A stretch of 64,000 nt of DNA from the human T2T-CHM13v2.0 reference genome, Homo sapiens (GCF_009914755.1 NC_060935.1), one strand, 5' to 3'. Shown: positions 1 through 17,587, counted from the stretch's first letter. Numbers and translations: made by a program. Notes: generated by a model not told the origin, from the letters alone.

Positions 1-85
1 ATTCATTCTACGATGGGCATCTGGCCTTGATCAGATAACCACACAGGTCCTACTGCAGCAGTGGAGGGAGCCGGAAAGCGGCCCC

Positions 86-410
86 GGTGCTCTGAGGGTT
101 AACAGGGAGGTGGTGGTGGGGAGGAGGGATGGACCGCTTTGCCTCTCCAGCAGAGAAGACCTTCACCTGGTGCTCTGAGAGTTAAGGGGGAGGCAGTGGT
201 GGGGAGGAGGGATAGACCGCTTTGCCTCTCCAGCAGAGAAGACCTTCACCTGGTGCTCTGAGAGTTAAGGGGGAGGTGGTGGAGGGGAGGAGGGATGGAC
301 CACTTAGCCTCTCCAGTGGAGAAGACCTTCACCTGCTGCTCTGAGAGTTAACAGGGAGCTGGTGGTGGGGAGGAGGGATGGACCGTTAGCCTCTCCAGTG
401 GAGACCTTCA
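86..410. repeat. 83-bp tandem repeat (VNTR), about 4 copies, in the last GAL intron
   Basis: The unit starting ggtgctctgag(a/g)gttaa recurs at 86, 169, 252 and 335 (period 83). Confidence 0.9.
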
Positions 411-1036
411 GTTGCACATCACAGTTTTGTCCAGTTTTGAAAAATCAAGGCTAATCCTTGGGTTCATTTTGGATCAGGATGTTTTTCATTTGCAGTGTTA
501 TCGGGCTGCACTTTAGGTGGCGATGGGGAGAGGGAAGAGGAGTGAGGGGAGGGGAGCGGGGGAAGGAGACTGCCAGAGAAGGTCTTGGAAAAGGCGGTGT
601 TCATTAGAAATCTCAAAACCGAGTCACCAAGTTCCCTCTGTTGGAGCCCAGTGGAGCCTCTGGGAGAAAAGCTGGGGTGACTTTTCCTACAAGGGGCAGA
701 GGGACTCTGCTAGATTTTTGTTTTTCATTTGTTTTTAATTTTGTAACATGGAAACTCTTTCCTTAGGATATACCAGCTCTCATTACTCAGCTAGGAATTA
801 TACCTCTTTAAAGCCTGAATTTAAAAGTCTGACAGTTTTAAATGCTTACTAACTGTGGGAGTTAAATCATTACGAAGTGAGGAATACAGAGTGTTGTCCC
901 TGATTCTGGGTTTAATCTGGTAAGAATCTTTACAGAGGACGACCACACGCCGCTTCCTGTAGCATGTGTCGTGGTTGTAATTCTCTCATGTGCATATTAA
1001 GAAGTTGCTGCTCAGATGTGGCTCTTCCCTTTGCAG

Positions 1037-1107
1037 AGGCCGGTGCCCTCGACCGCCTCCTGGATCTCCCCGCCGCAGCCTCCTCAGAAGACATCGAGCG
1101 GTCCTGA
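1037..1107 (+). CDS. GAL: Galanin/GMAP prepropeptide, last coding exon (E)AGALDRLLDLPAAASSEDIERS*
   Basis: Acceptor tcttccctttgcag at 1023-1036. The translation matches the recalled C-terminus of human preprogalanin (GMAP). TGA at 1105-1107. Confidence 0.95.
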
Positions 1108-1277
1108 GAGCCTCCTGGGCATGTTTGTCTGTGTGCTGTAACCTGAAGTCAAACCTTAAGATAATGGATAATCTTCGGCCAATTTATGCAGAGTCAGCCA
1201 TTCCTGTTCTCTTTGCCTTGATGTTGTGTTGTTATCATTTAAGATTTTTTTTTTTTGGTAATTATTTTGAGTGGCAA

Positions 1278-1283
1278 AATAAA
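1278..1283 (+). terminator. GAL: GAL polyadenylation signal AATAAA
   Basis: AATAAA about 170 nt after the stop, followed by T-rich sequence (ttgtctttttcttcc). Confidence 0.8.
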
Positions 1284-1823
1284 GAATAGCAATTACTTGC
1301 AATTGTCTTTTTCTTCCACACCTCTGTCTCATCACCAGCGCCACCCATGGGTTTTAAAAGATAAAGCTTGATCATAATCGTGGATTAGACATGAATTTTA
1401 AACCCAAATTCTACCGTCAAGAGCATCTGAGACACCACCTGTTATTGCATGTCCAGGGGACATAAATTTATCTCCATATTAAGCTGAGTCAAATGTAATT
1501 ATGAAGGTAAGTCTGTTACTGAGATGAACAAAAACACAAAACAGACAAAACCCCTGCCCTCGTGGAGCTGATATTTTAGGGAGATGGGAATGAAAAAGAC
1601 TACAACAACCTTAAACAGATGGGTGAGTTGCGTGGTACTCATGGAGGTGGTCAGTGCTGAGAACAGACGTGTTGGCCAGGTGGGAGGGCCAGGAGCAAGG
1701 CAGGAGAGGAGAGATGGGCGGGCAGGTAGAAAGGCAAGGGCAGGAGGTGTGTGCAGGGATGGTGCTGTGTGAAGGAAGGCCTGTGGGAATATCTCTTAAC
1801 GTGACAGAGACTGAGTCTTTTGA

Positions 1824-2170
<347 letters not shown>

Positions 2171-2364
2171 AAGGTAGGCGAGGGGGAAAAGCCGGACATT
2201 TCTGTCAACGTGGGAGGTGGTACACAGGCCTTTTTGGTTTCACCAGAGCTGGCTGTGCGGTGGGAGTGGGAGGTGGTTTCCCAGTTTCCCCCCATTGGCA
2301 GTTTGCTGCCTAAGACCTGTTTCAAGGGGCACAGAGCCCTGGCATCCCTCTCCCTGCTCGGTGA

Positions 2365-2855
<491 letters not shown>

Positions 2856-3600
2856 ACTCTTCCATGTTTTTTAAAATCTCTAGTTCTCCAACTTGGGCAG
2901 GCACCAGAACTCCCCGAGGCCTTGTCAGGAGGCAGTGGCTAGGCCCCTCCCCAGGGTGTTGGAGCCAAGAGGGCTGGGTGGGCTGGAGCTGGTGGAGCTG
3001 GGCCCCCAGCAAGCTTTCCTGCCGCTGCTGCTGCTCACTGGAGGCCTGTGCACATGTCCCTCCCAAGGCCTAGGGAGCTCCTGGCATGGAGGAGGCAGAT
3101 GAGTGGGTGTGTCTGGGGACCACACCTCGGCCACTGGGCTCCAGCCCCACGGTGTGCAGCCTGTCCTGTCTGGTCTTCCTGTAGCCTTTGCCCCCAGATC
3201 CAGTGGCCATGGACACCACCTCTGCCTCAGCCCGCCCCCCAGCCTCCTGCACTCAGTCCTGCAGACCCCACAACTGCGGCCCTGCCTCGCTGACCTAAGG
3301 CCTTTGCATGTGTCCCTCCCAAGGCCTGGGGAACTCCTAAGCAGCCCACAGGATTCCGCTCCAGGGTCACCTTATCCAGAGTGCCCTTCCCGTTCCTCCG
3401 CCCCAGCATGTGCGGTGCCACCCTAATCAGCATGCCTGTCACTCTGATTGTTTGCAGATGTGTCTCTCCTCACTACACCATGAGAAAGAAGTACCTGAAG
3501 GACCCGAGATTAATGACGCTGTGCTGAGTGCTGGGCTCTCCGCACTGCACATGGCTCGCACGAGCCTCCTGAGCAGTGTTCAAAAAGGGCCAAGGAGCCC

Positions 3601-3697
3601 AGCCTCCATGCAGGTGTGCGGCCTCTGTGCAGGGGTGCGGCCTCCATGCAGGTGTGCAGCCTCCGTGCAGGTGTGGGACTTCTGTGCAGGGGTGCGG
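3601..3697. repeat. 19-bp minisatellite, about 5 copies
   Basis: Repeats of gcctc(c/t)(a/g)tgcagg(t/g)gtgc(g/a). Confidence 0.8.
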
Positions 3698-4585
3698 GCC
3701 CCAGGGTCAGCAGCACAAAGGTGTCGGACTCTCCCCCTGTGGCATCATCTACCTCCTTGTCTAAACCTTGCCTTCCTTTTAGGTATAAACGGAGTGTGGC
3801 AGGTGGCAGCCAGAAGGTGAGGGAAAGGAAGTGAGGGGCCAGGAGCGGCTGTGGTGCCATTTGCTGTGATGGACAAGGCTACAGAGGTGATGTCTTTACT
3901 TCCCAGAGAGAACGTGGTTGGAGCTGGCCGCAGCCATCCTGGATCAATCTGTTGCTAACAACAGCAGTCTTTTCAAGGGAAGGTGTTCTCCAGCCACCTC
4001 GGGAAGCGAAGAATTTACGGACAGGCCTGAGAAACACCAAGATGCCTAATGGAGAGGTGGAGAGTGTTGAGGTTGTGCACCTTGGAGGAGGTGGCTGTCT
4101 CCATCATAAAAGCTGATCAGCATGAAAGCCCGTCCACCTCCTACTTGCTCTATCTAACCAGGAGCAGAGCAGACGCCAGGGTGATGCTGCCTGAGGGCGC
4201 CTGGCATGGTGGAGGTGGGTGAGCAGTGGGCCAGTCTGAGGAAGAGGCCTGGGCTCAGGAGGTCCCTGGAGGAAGGAGGAAAAGTGCTTTGTTTAAGAGG
4301 AAGAAAGAGACGCGGGGTGTGGTGTCTCATGCCTGTAATCCCAGCACTTTGGGAGACCAGCCTGGGCAACATGGTGAGACCCTGTCCGTATAAAAAGAAG
4401 TAATTAAAATTTTTTTTTAATTAAAAAAGAAAACAGGAGGGAAGAGAGAGTCTTACAGGGATAAGGAAACCCTAACGCCAAAGATGTAAAGAATTTACAG
4501 CTGATCATTTTCTAACATAGGGCCCAGGAAACTTTTATTTCAATGCAAAAAAAAAGGGGATTCTTGTACATTTTGGAGTCAGGAT

Positions 4586-5471
4586 TGTAAGCCTCCAATA
4601 AAATTCTAAGCCGCCTAACCAACTGAATGGATCCCTCTCTTGGCCAAGGAGACCCCAAAGAAGCCTCAAAAATTAGGTCATGACGGGAAGGGAGGGGCCA
4701 GACATGCTCATTATGCCTCTTCCCCATGGAGTTTAGACACAGCTGACCAGGGACCAGCATTCACATTACAACAGAGATCTTGAGACTGACAAATCAGCCT
4801 CTTTTTAGCAATAAGATACCAAATTCCAGCCTGACTCTGGTATAGCATCACATGACAAATAACAAGCCCTGAAGGAAATGAAAGTATTTTAGCCCCACAT
4901 ATATTTCTTTGACATATTCTGAAATGGCCCTGCAAAGCTGACTCTTGTGGGGGAAATTTGCGTTCTATAGAGAATCTCCTTCCTAGTCTGACACCTTTCT
5001 AAGGTCTGGTAAGAGACATTCACCTGAATGTCTATTCTCTCTGGAGCCTGCTACCTGGAGGCTTCATCTACATAACAAGAACCTTGCCTTCCACAACCAC
5101 CCCCTCCCACCTCCATCTACCTTCCCTTAATTCAAGTTAACTTCAACTCTTCAGAAGGGCTTAACTCTTTCAACCAATTGCCAATCAGGAAACCTTTGAA
5201 TCCACCTATAACCTACAAGCACCCACCCTACCCCACTCATTGAGATGTTCCACCTTTCTGGGCCAAACCAATGTATACCTTACATGTATTGATTTATGTC
5301 TTTGCCTGTAACTTCTGTCTCCATAGAACGTATAAAACCAAGCTGTAACTCAACCACCTTGGGTATATATTCTTAGGACCTCCTGAGGCTGTGTCACGAG
5401 CCATGGTCCTTAACTTGGCAAAATAAACCTCTACCTTGATTGAGATCTGTCTTGATACTTTTTGGTTTACA
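4586..5471 (+). mobile_element. ERV1 solo LTR, MER4 family
   Basis: TG...CA termini (tgtaagcc...tttggtttaca), internal aataaa near the 3' end, near-perfect 4-bp TSD ggat/agat. The sequence resembles the recalled MER4 consensus. Confidence 0.75.
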
Positions 5472-7348
5472 AGATTTTATCCTGTGTTATCATGATAAAA
5501 ACTAAGAAGGCTCTAGAAACCAGAAAGCTTGACAGTCTCTGATATAACTTTAAAAAAAAAAAGATCCAGTGATTTCTGCTTCCAGGAGATGGAGTAGAGG
5601 TAGAATTTTCCTTTGTCCTTTTGCTAAGTACAATTAAAAATCCTGAACATCATATATAAAGCAAACATAAGAAGACTCTGAAAGCCCAAGCAATAGGCAG
5701 ACCAGCTAGGAACTTCAGCCCGTGGTGAGTTCCCTGGGTTTTCTTTTTGCCTCACATATCTTAGACTTGGGCTGAAGGAGCCAGCATCCTAGAAATGCCA
5801 ACAGGCACAGACCACGAAGGCCCCAACAAAAGCTGCCCTCTCTAGATAAAGGACCAGGAAAGGGAAGCCTGGTAAGACAGAGAATTGTAGATAATGACCA
5901 CTCTACTCCAGACAAACACCCCAGCAAACACTGTGGCTTCACCAGGCCAGCCAAGGCTAGGTGGGGAGCCTAGACTTACTCATAAGGCTGTGACAAGGTG
6001 GCCCAAACCCCAACCAGGGGAAAGTTGTAGGGTGCCAAGTAAAGAACCAGGACTTCATCCCCCACAACCACCCCATCCCTGGCAGTAACAAGACCCCCTA
6101 TACAGTGTCAGCAGAGACCACCTGGGAGCCTGGATTCTGTGTCCCTCCTCCCACACAGTAATAGGCATACTTCTCTCCATGCATTGGGGTGGTGTCAGAG
6201 GAAGGTTAGTGGAGAATCAGCACTTTTACCGCCTCCCAGTGTGACAAGGCCACCCCCTTCTCCTGTGGTGTTAGCAGAGACCATGCAGAGGGGTGCAGTA
6301 AGAAAGCGCTCCTACCCCTCCCAGCAAGGGAGGTATTAGTGGGGAGCTGGAACTCCCACTCCTGCCCAGCCATAATGAGGAGCAGCCCACCCATGCCCAG
6401 GTGTCAGTGGAGACTGAGTGGGAAGCCTGGACTTCTGTCCCCACCTGGCAGTAATGAGGTGGCACCCCCAGCCTTTCCCCTCCAGGGCAATATCAGAACA
6501 AGCCAGCTAAAAGAGAAGGTTCAAATAAAATCCAGAGTTTCATACCATAGCACCCTAAGAGTCCAGGTTTCAAAGATCACTTATCATACCAAGAATCCAG
6601 AAGATCTCAAACTGATAAAAGACCATCAATAGATGTCAACACTGACATAGTGAGTATTAGAGTTATCTGACAAAGATTTTAAAGCAGACATCATAAAAAA
6701 GAAATGCTTCAACAAACTATTTCAAACATACTTTAAACAGTAAAAATACAAAGTTTCAGCAAAGAAACAGAAATTGGAAAGAAGAACCAAATGGAACTTT
6801 TAGAACTAAAAAATACAATAATTGAAATAGAAATTCCAGTGGATGGACTAAATAGCAGAATGTAGAGGGCAGAGGAAAGAACCTGTGAACTTGGTTTTGT
6901 TTGTTTGTGTGTTTTTTGTTTTGAGACAGAGTCTTGCTCTGCTGCCCAGGCTGGAGTGCACTGGTGTGATCTTGGCTTCCTGCAACCTCCACCACTGAGG
7001 TTCAAGTAACTCTCCTGACTCAGCCTAATGGGTAGCTGGGATTACAGATCTCACCATTGTACTCCAGCCTGGGCAACAGAGCAACACTATCTCAAAAAAA
7101 AAAAAAAAAAGTATGTGTAAATATGTAAATATAATAAAACATGTTATCATTATATACTAAAAACTATACAACACTGATGAAAGAAACCAAAGGAGTTTTA
7201 AATAAATGTAGAGACATACCATGTTCATGTTCATGTTCATGGATTGAAAGACTCAACACAGTAAATATGTCAGTTTTCTCCAAGTTCATATACAAGTTTA
7301 ACACAATTCCTATCAAATCCCAGCAAGATTTTTTGAAGAAATAGATAA

Positions 7349-7655
<307 letters not shown>

Positions 7656-8170
7656 AGCTTATTCTAAAATTTATATGGAGAGGCAAAGAAAGTAGAACAG
7701 CTAAAGCAACGTTTTGCAAAAGAAAAATAATGAAGAGTCTACCTGAGTTAAAAGCTACAGTAATCAAGACTGTGTGTATAGATACATAGATCAACAGAAC
7801 AGAGAATCCAGAAATAAACCCACCCAAATACATCCATCGGTTTTTGACAATGGCGTGAAAGAAATCAATGAAGAAAGGATAGCCTTTTCAACAAATGGTG
7901 CTGAAGCAATTGAGTATCTATAGGCAAAAAATAAAATCAAAGTTGAAGAAGAATTGTGACCTAAACCTCATACATTGTTTTTTTAATTTTAGAGATGGGA
8001 TCTCACTATGTTGCCCAGGCTGGACTCAAACCCCAGGCTGGACTCAAACCCCTAGGCTCAAGGAATCCTTCTGCCTCAGCCTCCTGAGTAGCTGGAACTA
8101 TAGCCATGCAACACTGCACCTGGCTTCACACCTTATTCTTAAAATTAACTCAAAATGGATGATAGATTTA

Positions 8171-8509
<339 letters not shown>

Positions 8510-9576
8510 TCAACCGTAAAGAGAAAAAAAAAAAGAAAAATAAGTCAAATTAAAAATGGGCAAATGCATAAACAGATATTTCACCAAAGAGGAGATATAC
8601 ATGGAAAATAAGCACATGAAATCATGTTAACATCATTGGTCATTAGGGAAATGCACATTAAATCCACAATGAGGTGTTGCTAACCACCTATCGGAATGAC
8701 TAAAAGAAAAAACAGTGACAGCATTAAATGCTGGCAAAAATGCAGAGAAAATGTGTTGCTCACGTACCGCTTGTGGAAATGCAAAATGGTACAGTGCGTT
8801 TGGAAAACATTTTGGCAGTTTCTTTAAAAACTAAATATACAACTTGGTTAATGGGTACCAAAAATAGAAAGAATGAATAAGACCTACTATTTGATAGCAC
8901 AGTAAGGTGACTATAGATGATAATAACCTAATTGTACATTTAAAAATGAGTTAACAAGTGTAACTGGATTTTTTGTAACTCAAAGAATGTTTGCAGGATG
9001 GATACCCCATAACCCAGGACGTGCTGATTTCACACTGCATGCCTGTATCCAAACATCTCAAGGACCCCGTAAATATATATACCCACTATGCACCCACACA
9101 AATTTCAAAACAATTAAATTTTAAAAATAAAAATAAATATGCAACTACCACACAACCCACCAATTGCACTCCTGGGTATTTATTACAAAGAATGAAGACT
9201 TAGCTTTACACGTAAGCCTGTACACAAATGTTCATAGTAACTTTATTCATCATAGCCCCAAACTAGAAACCACCCATATGTCCTTCAATGGGTAAATGGT
9301 TAAACTGTGGTACATCTACGCCATGGACTACTACTCAGCAATAAAAAAGAATAAATTGTGTGGTTTTTTGTTTATTTATTTTATTTTTATTTTTTATTTT
9401 TTTAGAGAAAAGGTCTTACTCAGTTGCCCAGGCTCCTGACTTGGCCCCTTGAAGCCATGGGATTACAGGTGTGAGCTGCCACACCCAGCCAGAAATGAGT
9501 TGTTGAAACACATAGCAACTTGGATGAGTCTCCAGAGAATTATGCTGAATGGAAAAAAGGGAAAAAACAAAAAACA

Positions 9577-9880
9577 GGCTGAGAGTGGTGGTTCATGCCT
9601 GTAATCTCAGCACTTTGAGAAGCTGAGGTGGGAGGATTTCTTGAGGCCAGGAGTTCAAGACCAGCCCGGACAATGTAGCAAGACCTTGTCTCTACAAAAA
9701 ATAAAACATAAAAATAATTAGCCAAGCATGGTGGTGCAGTGCCTGTAGTCTTAGCTACTTGGGAGGCTAAGGCAGAGGAGGATCTCTTCAGCCCTGGAGT
9801 TCAAGGTTACAGTGAGCTATGATCACACAACTGTACTTCAGCCTGGGCGAGACAGCAAGACTCTGTCTTTAAAAAAAAAG
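9577..9880 (+). mobile_element. Alu (AluJ-like)
   Basis: Diverged Alu consensus with A-tail. Confidence 0.85.
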
Positions 9881-10107
9881 TTCCCAAAAGTTACATACTA
9901 TATAATTCCATGTATCCAACATTCTTGAGATGACAATATTACAGAAATGGAGAAGAGATTAGTGGTTACCAGGGGCTAGGGAGGTGATGGGGATGGTAGG
10001 AAAACGTGTGCGGGCAACTTGAACTTGAGAGACCTTTGAGGTGACAGAAATGTTCTGTCTCTTGACAGTATCAATGTCGCTATCCTGGTTGTGATATTGT
10101 CCTATAG

Positions 10108-10925
<818 letters not shown>

Positions 10926-11946
10926 TTAATTTTTAAAGAAACAAGTTAAAATATTTTTGGAAGCCCTGATGTGTTCATTGTTGAATTCTAGCAAACATTT
11001 AGGAAATAAATTGTTTTAAATTCTCTATAATCTCTTCCAGAAGATAGAACTGAAGGGAATATTTCCTGACTCATTCTATGAGGCCAGCATAACTCTAATA
11101 CCCAAACCAGACAAAGACATTAAAAGAAAACTATAGACCAATATCTCTCATGAACATACAAGCAAAAATCCTCAACAAAATACTAGCAAGTTAAATCCAA
11201 CAATGTGTAAAGAAAATTATATGCCATGAGTAAGTGGAATTTATCACAGGTATGCAAAGCTGGTTTAACATTCAAAAATCAATTGATGTAATTAATCAAA
11301 TCAACAAGCTAAAGAAGAAAGATCCATTAATTATATCAATGCACACAGAAATAGCATTTTACAAAGTCTAACACCCATTCCTAATAAGAACTAGAAATAG
11401 AGGCGAATTTTGTCAACATGGTAAAGAACACCTACTGAAAACCTACAGCTAATATCATAATTAATAGTGAGAAAAGAAGCCAAAGATGTCCCCTCTCATC
11501 ACTCTTTTAAACATTGTACTGGAATGCCTAGTTAATGCAATAAGATAAGAAAAGGATATACGAAGTTTACAGATTGGGAAGGAATAAATAAAGCTTTGTT
11601 TGCAGACGTCATGATCATCTATGTAGAACTCTAAAAGTATCATCAACAACAACAACAAATGTCCTGGAATTAATAAGCAATTATAGCAAAGTTGCAGGAT
11701 ACAAGGTTAATAAACAAAAGTCAATAGCTTTCCTATATACCAGCAATGAACAAGTAAAATTTGAAATTAAAAATGCAATACCACTTACGTTAGCACCTCC
11801 CAAAAATGTAATACTTAGGCATGCATTTACCAAAACCTATATGAGGAAAACTATATAACTCTGATGAAAGAAATAAATACAGAGCTAAATAAATGGAGAA
11901 ATATTCCATGCTTGTGGATAGGAAGACTCAATATTGTCAAATATTA

Positions 11947-12355
<409 letters not shown>

Positions 12356-12732
12356 CTGATTCTAAAGTTTATGTGGAGAGCCTAAAGACCCAGAATAGCC
12401 AAAAAAAAAAAAATGGAAAGAAAAGAACAAAGTTGGAAGGCTACTATAAAGCTACAGTAATCAAGATGGTGTGGTGTTAGTAAAAGAATAGAAAAATAGA
12501 TCAATGGAACAGAATAGAGGGCCCAGACTCATACAAATAGAGCCAACTGATATCTGACAAAGGAACAAAAGCAATACCATGGAGAAAAGACAGCCTTTCT
12601 GACAGAAGGTGCCAAAACAACTGAACATTCATATGCAAAAAAAGACTAGATAAAGCCTCTTATCCCTCTCACAAAAATTCATTCAAAATAGATCATAGAC
12701 CTAAATGTAAGTTGTAAACTATAAAATTCCTA

Positions 12733-13050
<318 letters not shown>

Positions 13051-14364
13051 ATCCCTAGAAGATAACACAGGAGAAAGTATGGATGGTCTGGATATGGCAA
13101 TGATTTTTTAGACACTATGCCAAAGGCATGATCCACGAAAAAAAAAATTGATGAGCTGGACTTTATTAAAAACTTCCGTTCTGCAAAATACACTGTCAGG
13201 AGAGTGAGGAGACAAGCCACAGACTGGGAGAAAATATTTGCAAAGGACGTATCTAATAAAGGACTGTTATCCAAAATATACAAAGAATTCTTAAAACCCA
13301 ACAATAAGAAAAGAAACAACCCAATTAAACAATGAGCAAAAGACCTCAACTGACATCTCACCAAAGAAGATATGCAGTTGGCAAGTATGCATATGGACAT
13401 ATGCTCAACATCATATGTCACTGGGGAACTGCAAATTAAAATGGCAATGAGATACCAGTACACACCTATTAGAACCGGCAAAATCCCAAACACTGACAAC
13501 GCTATGTGTTGGTGAGGAGGCGGAGCCACAGAAACTCTCATTCACTGCTGGTGGGAATACTCAATGAAACAGCTTCTTTGGAAGAAGATAGTGGTTTCAT
13601 GCAAAACTAAATATATTCTTATTACATGATCCAGAATCATTGGGTAAATCCATTGATGTTTACCCAAAGGCATTAAAAACTTGCATCCACACAGAAACCT
13701 ACATACAGATATTTACAGCAGCTTTATTCCGAGTTGCCCAAACTTGGAAGCAACTCAGATGTTCTTCAGGAGGGGAAGGGATGAACAGTGGTATATCCAG
13801 ACAATGGAATATTATTCAGTGCTAAAAGGAGATGAGCTATCAAGCCATGAAAAGATATGAAGGACATAAATGCATATTACTAAGTGAAAGAAGCTAGTCT
13901 GAAGAGGCGACCTACTGTATGATCCCACTTAAGTGACATTCTGGGAAAGGTAAAACTGTGGAGAGAGTGAAAATATCAGTGATTGCCAGGAGTTGTGGGG
14001 AGGGAAGGATGAACAGGCAGAGCACAGGGGTGGTTTAGGGCAGTGAGACTGTTCTGTGTGCTGTAACCCTGGATATGTGCCATTGTACATTTGTCAAAAC
14101 CCATAGCATGTGGAATAACGAGAGGGAATCCTAACGTCAGCATGGGCTTTGGGTTTGTGGTGTATCACTTTGGATGATGGTGTATCACTGTAGGTTCATC
14201 AGTTGTAACAAAAGGACGGCTCTGGTGAGGAATGTTGGTAGTGGGGAGGCTGCGGTGTTGGGGGGCATGGATTATATGGGAAATCTCTGCACTTTCTGCT
14301 CAGTTTTGCTGTGAACCTAAAACTACCCTAAAAAATACTCTAGTAAAAAAAATAAATAAATAGA

Positions 14365-14645
14365 GACCCAGCATGGTGGCTCACACCTGTAATCTCAGTG
14401 CTTCAGGAGGTCAAGGAGGGAAGATCATTTGAGGCTAGGAGTTTGAGGCCTGGGCAATATAGCAAGACCCTGTCTCTACAAAAAATAAAAATACAGAAAC
14501 TTAGCTGAGTATGATGGTGTGAGCCTGTAGTTCTAGCTACCTGGGAGCATTGCTTGAAGCCAGGAGTTTGAGGCTGCAGTGAGCTATGATCGCACCACAG
14601 CACTACAGCATAGGCAACAGAGTGAGACTCTGCCTCTATTAAAAT
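14365..14645 (+). mobile_element. Alu (AluJ-like)
   Basis: Diverged Alu consensus. Confidence 0.8.
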
Positions 14646-15864
14646 ATATATATTTCTAGGGAATCATCATTAAAAAGGTTGTCACTGCAGACTCTGTCTT
14701 CATAATTCGGTAATAATGTTTCTATAGTCCATCTATTTCCAACAAACATATGAAATGGTTTACAGTAAAAGATGTATGTAATAGTACAAATAAAAAGCAT
14801 GTTTAAAAAAGTAAAGCTTTATGGAAAAAAGAGAGGGACAGTTAATCCTAAACCTGGGCTAATGTGATTTCTGGTATTGAATAGATTTACTTTTGAATTT
14901 CCTGAAAGTCAAGGCAAAATTTAAAATATCAAACATTAAAGTTTTTATTAAAGTTTGTTGTTGAAAAACAAACCAGCTACCATTTTTAGGAGGCTCAAAC
15001 TTTTTCCTGATAGTCATTTTTAAATATATGAAGAGAACATCCATGCAATGACAGTCTTCAATTCCAGTTTTATCGGTGGCTGGGGCCGGGCAGTGCTCCC
15101 TGTGGCTCTCCAGTCTCTGCCGGGGGCCGGGGGTTGGGAGCAGGATGGAGGCAGGGCTGGGGGAAGATGCCTCACGGTGATCCCTCCTGTCGTGCTTCCT
15201 CCCTCCTCTGAGGCTAAGGACTCCTGGGGAGAGAGTGCAGCACGGAGACCGCACAGCCGGCCCCATGCACAAAGCTGTGCCCGGTGCCTTCCTAAAGAGC
15301 GCGCCGCCTGCAGAACGGGAGGCCTCCTCCCTGCTTCGTCTTCTGCGCCCCCTCCTGCTCTCTGGATCCTCTGGCTGCTCTGATCATTTTATCTTGGATG
15401 AGGGTTCAACCTTTGAATTCCCTAAGACAGTATTTTAACTGACTCCTTACGATAACTTGTTTATTATGGTTTGAAACCGCGCCCACACTGAAAGGGGACC
15501 AGTGCTGGCAGAACTTCAGGTACTGGTGAGAGGTTTGTAAAGGGATAGGAGCATCCAAGCCGAGATGAAAAATACACCAAGCCTTCTGCTGACCTTCCGC
15601 CGCCAACAGCACCTTCTCTCCTAAGGATGCTCCCTGGCCGCCAGACTTTCTGTGCAGTGCGCAGCCTGTGTTCACTGACAGGAAAGAGCGATTTCAGCGC
15701 GTGTCATTCTAAACAATGATTTCTTCTCCGTGTCTATGAAAAAACAAGGTTTTTTTTTCTTTCGGATAAACAAAACAAAAACCCAAAACCAACAGATAAT
15801 CTAACCTTAATCACAAAGGTGGTCCGAGTTATTTAGTAGGTACAGAGTAGAAAGATATGGTTAA

Positions 15865-16190
<326 letters not shown>

Positions 16191-16789
16191 CTACACTCTC
16201 AAATAAGAACATGATATGTTAATTTGTATATCGTTTTAAAATAGCACTGGCTCTCCGCCAAACACATAAGAGATGGGATTTTCTAGCTTTGTAGTCATCT
16301 TCTGTACTGTCTCTGGTCAGCATAGTGGCTTTATGCACGTCTGTATCTCGGCTTTCACTTCTCAGACGGGATTCCCTGCAAGTGGCACCTACTCAGTGAA
16401 TTCTTCTCTGCCGGAAGACCCTGCAGGGCTCGTGCCTGCCCAGGTTGGCTCTTCCCTCACCTCCAGGCGTTAGCTCAGTACACCTGGCCACAGTCAGAGC
16501 ATCCTTGGCCAGCGCAGGCTCCTGTGCAAAGTGGGGGGCCTGTATCCCCAGCCCCACACTGAGTTCCCTGCTCACACTTCCTCTGGGCTCCGCGGGTGGG
16601 CCACACCTGGTTCAGGATCTCCCTAGGCAGCCGTTGCCTCAGGAGAATGCTGGAGGACATTGTTCCCTTTTCCTCCCTCCACTCGGTGCCCCAGGGCTGT
16701 GCTGAGGCGCCCGAACCCTTAAGGTGTGGCTGGTGCCAACTGAGACCTGCTGTGAGTACAAGACACCCTGCATTTCAAATATTGGGTAC

Positions 16790-16960
16790 ACATAAAGGAA
16801 TGTGAAATCTCAATCATTTTCATTCTGATTACACATTGAAACGATAGTATTTTGGATACATTGGGATAAATAAAAGATTATTAAAACTAATTTTACCTGC
16901 TCCTTTTCAAAGTTTTACATGTAGCTACTAGAAACTTTAACAGTACTCATGTGGCTGGCA
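16790..16960. mobile_element. MER3/MER33-like hAT-Charlie fragment
   Basis: Resembles the recalled consensus (ttttggata.attggg..aaataaaa...gctactagaaa). Confidence 0.55.
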
Positions 16961-17581
16961 GATCTTGCTGTTGGCAGTGTTGCCGAGAGGGACAGCAGGA
17001 TGGAGGCAGCCCCCCCAGAGGCAGCTCCCAAAGTCCCCATTTCCAGGTCACCTTCCAGCTCCCAAGGGTGAAGGAGGCCAGGTGGCTCCCCCAGCAGTGC
17101 GCCTCCCTGTTCGCCGCGATGCTGACAGGACTGAAAGCACACACAGCAAGTGGGGTGTACGGCTGGCTGAGGGTTCCACGTCTCACAATGCATGTCTTTA
17201 CCTCTGGTTTTCTGCCACAGACTCTGGATCCCAGGGGTCCAAAGGGAATTGCAAAGGGGAAGAATTCAGTCTTCCTTTTCTCCTCTGTGGCTTCCTGTGG
17301 CTGTGTTTGCAACTAGACTGTTCCAGACAGCTCCACAAAAGACAGCTTCCTCCCTGGTTGCTTGCTCACTTATGTGCCCAGTGCCTGGGCCCGGCAGCCA
17401 CACTTCTGTCTCTGCTGCATTTGTACTTGAGTTTCCTGAACACCCTCTAAGTGGCCAACACTAGTAATGAATGCAGAAACATGAAAGAATATTCTCTCAA
17501 TACATTTCAGGGTGGGTACTCATCAGATGAACACATTTTCAGTTACTAAGTTAATGACAACAATTGAAGACATTGGAAATT

Positions 17582-17587
17582 TTTATT
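17582..17587 (-). terminator. TESMIN: TESMIN polyadenylation signal AATAAA
   Basis: tttatt on the + strand, about 850 nt downstream of the TESMIN stop codon. Confidence 0.7.

Noticed and set aside
86-410. CRISPR-like array interpretation of the tandem repeats
   Set aside because: Human DNA, and the units are contiguous with no unique spacers.
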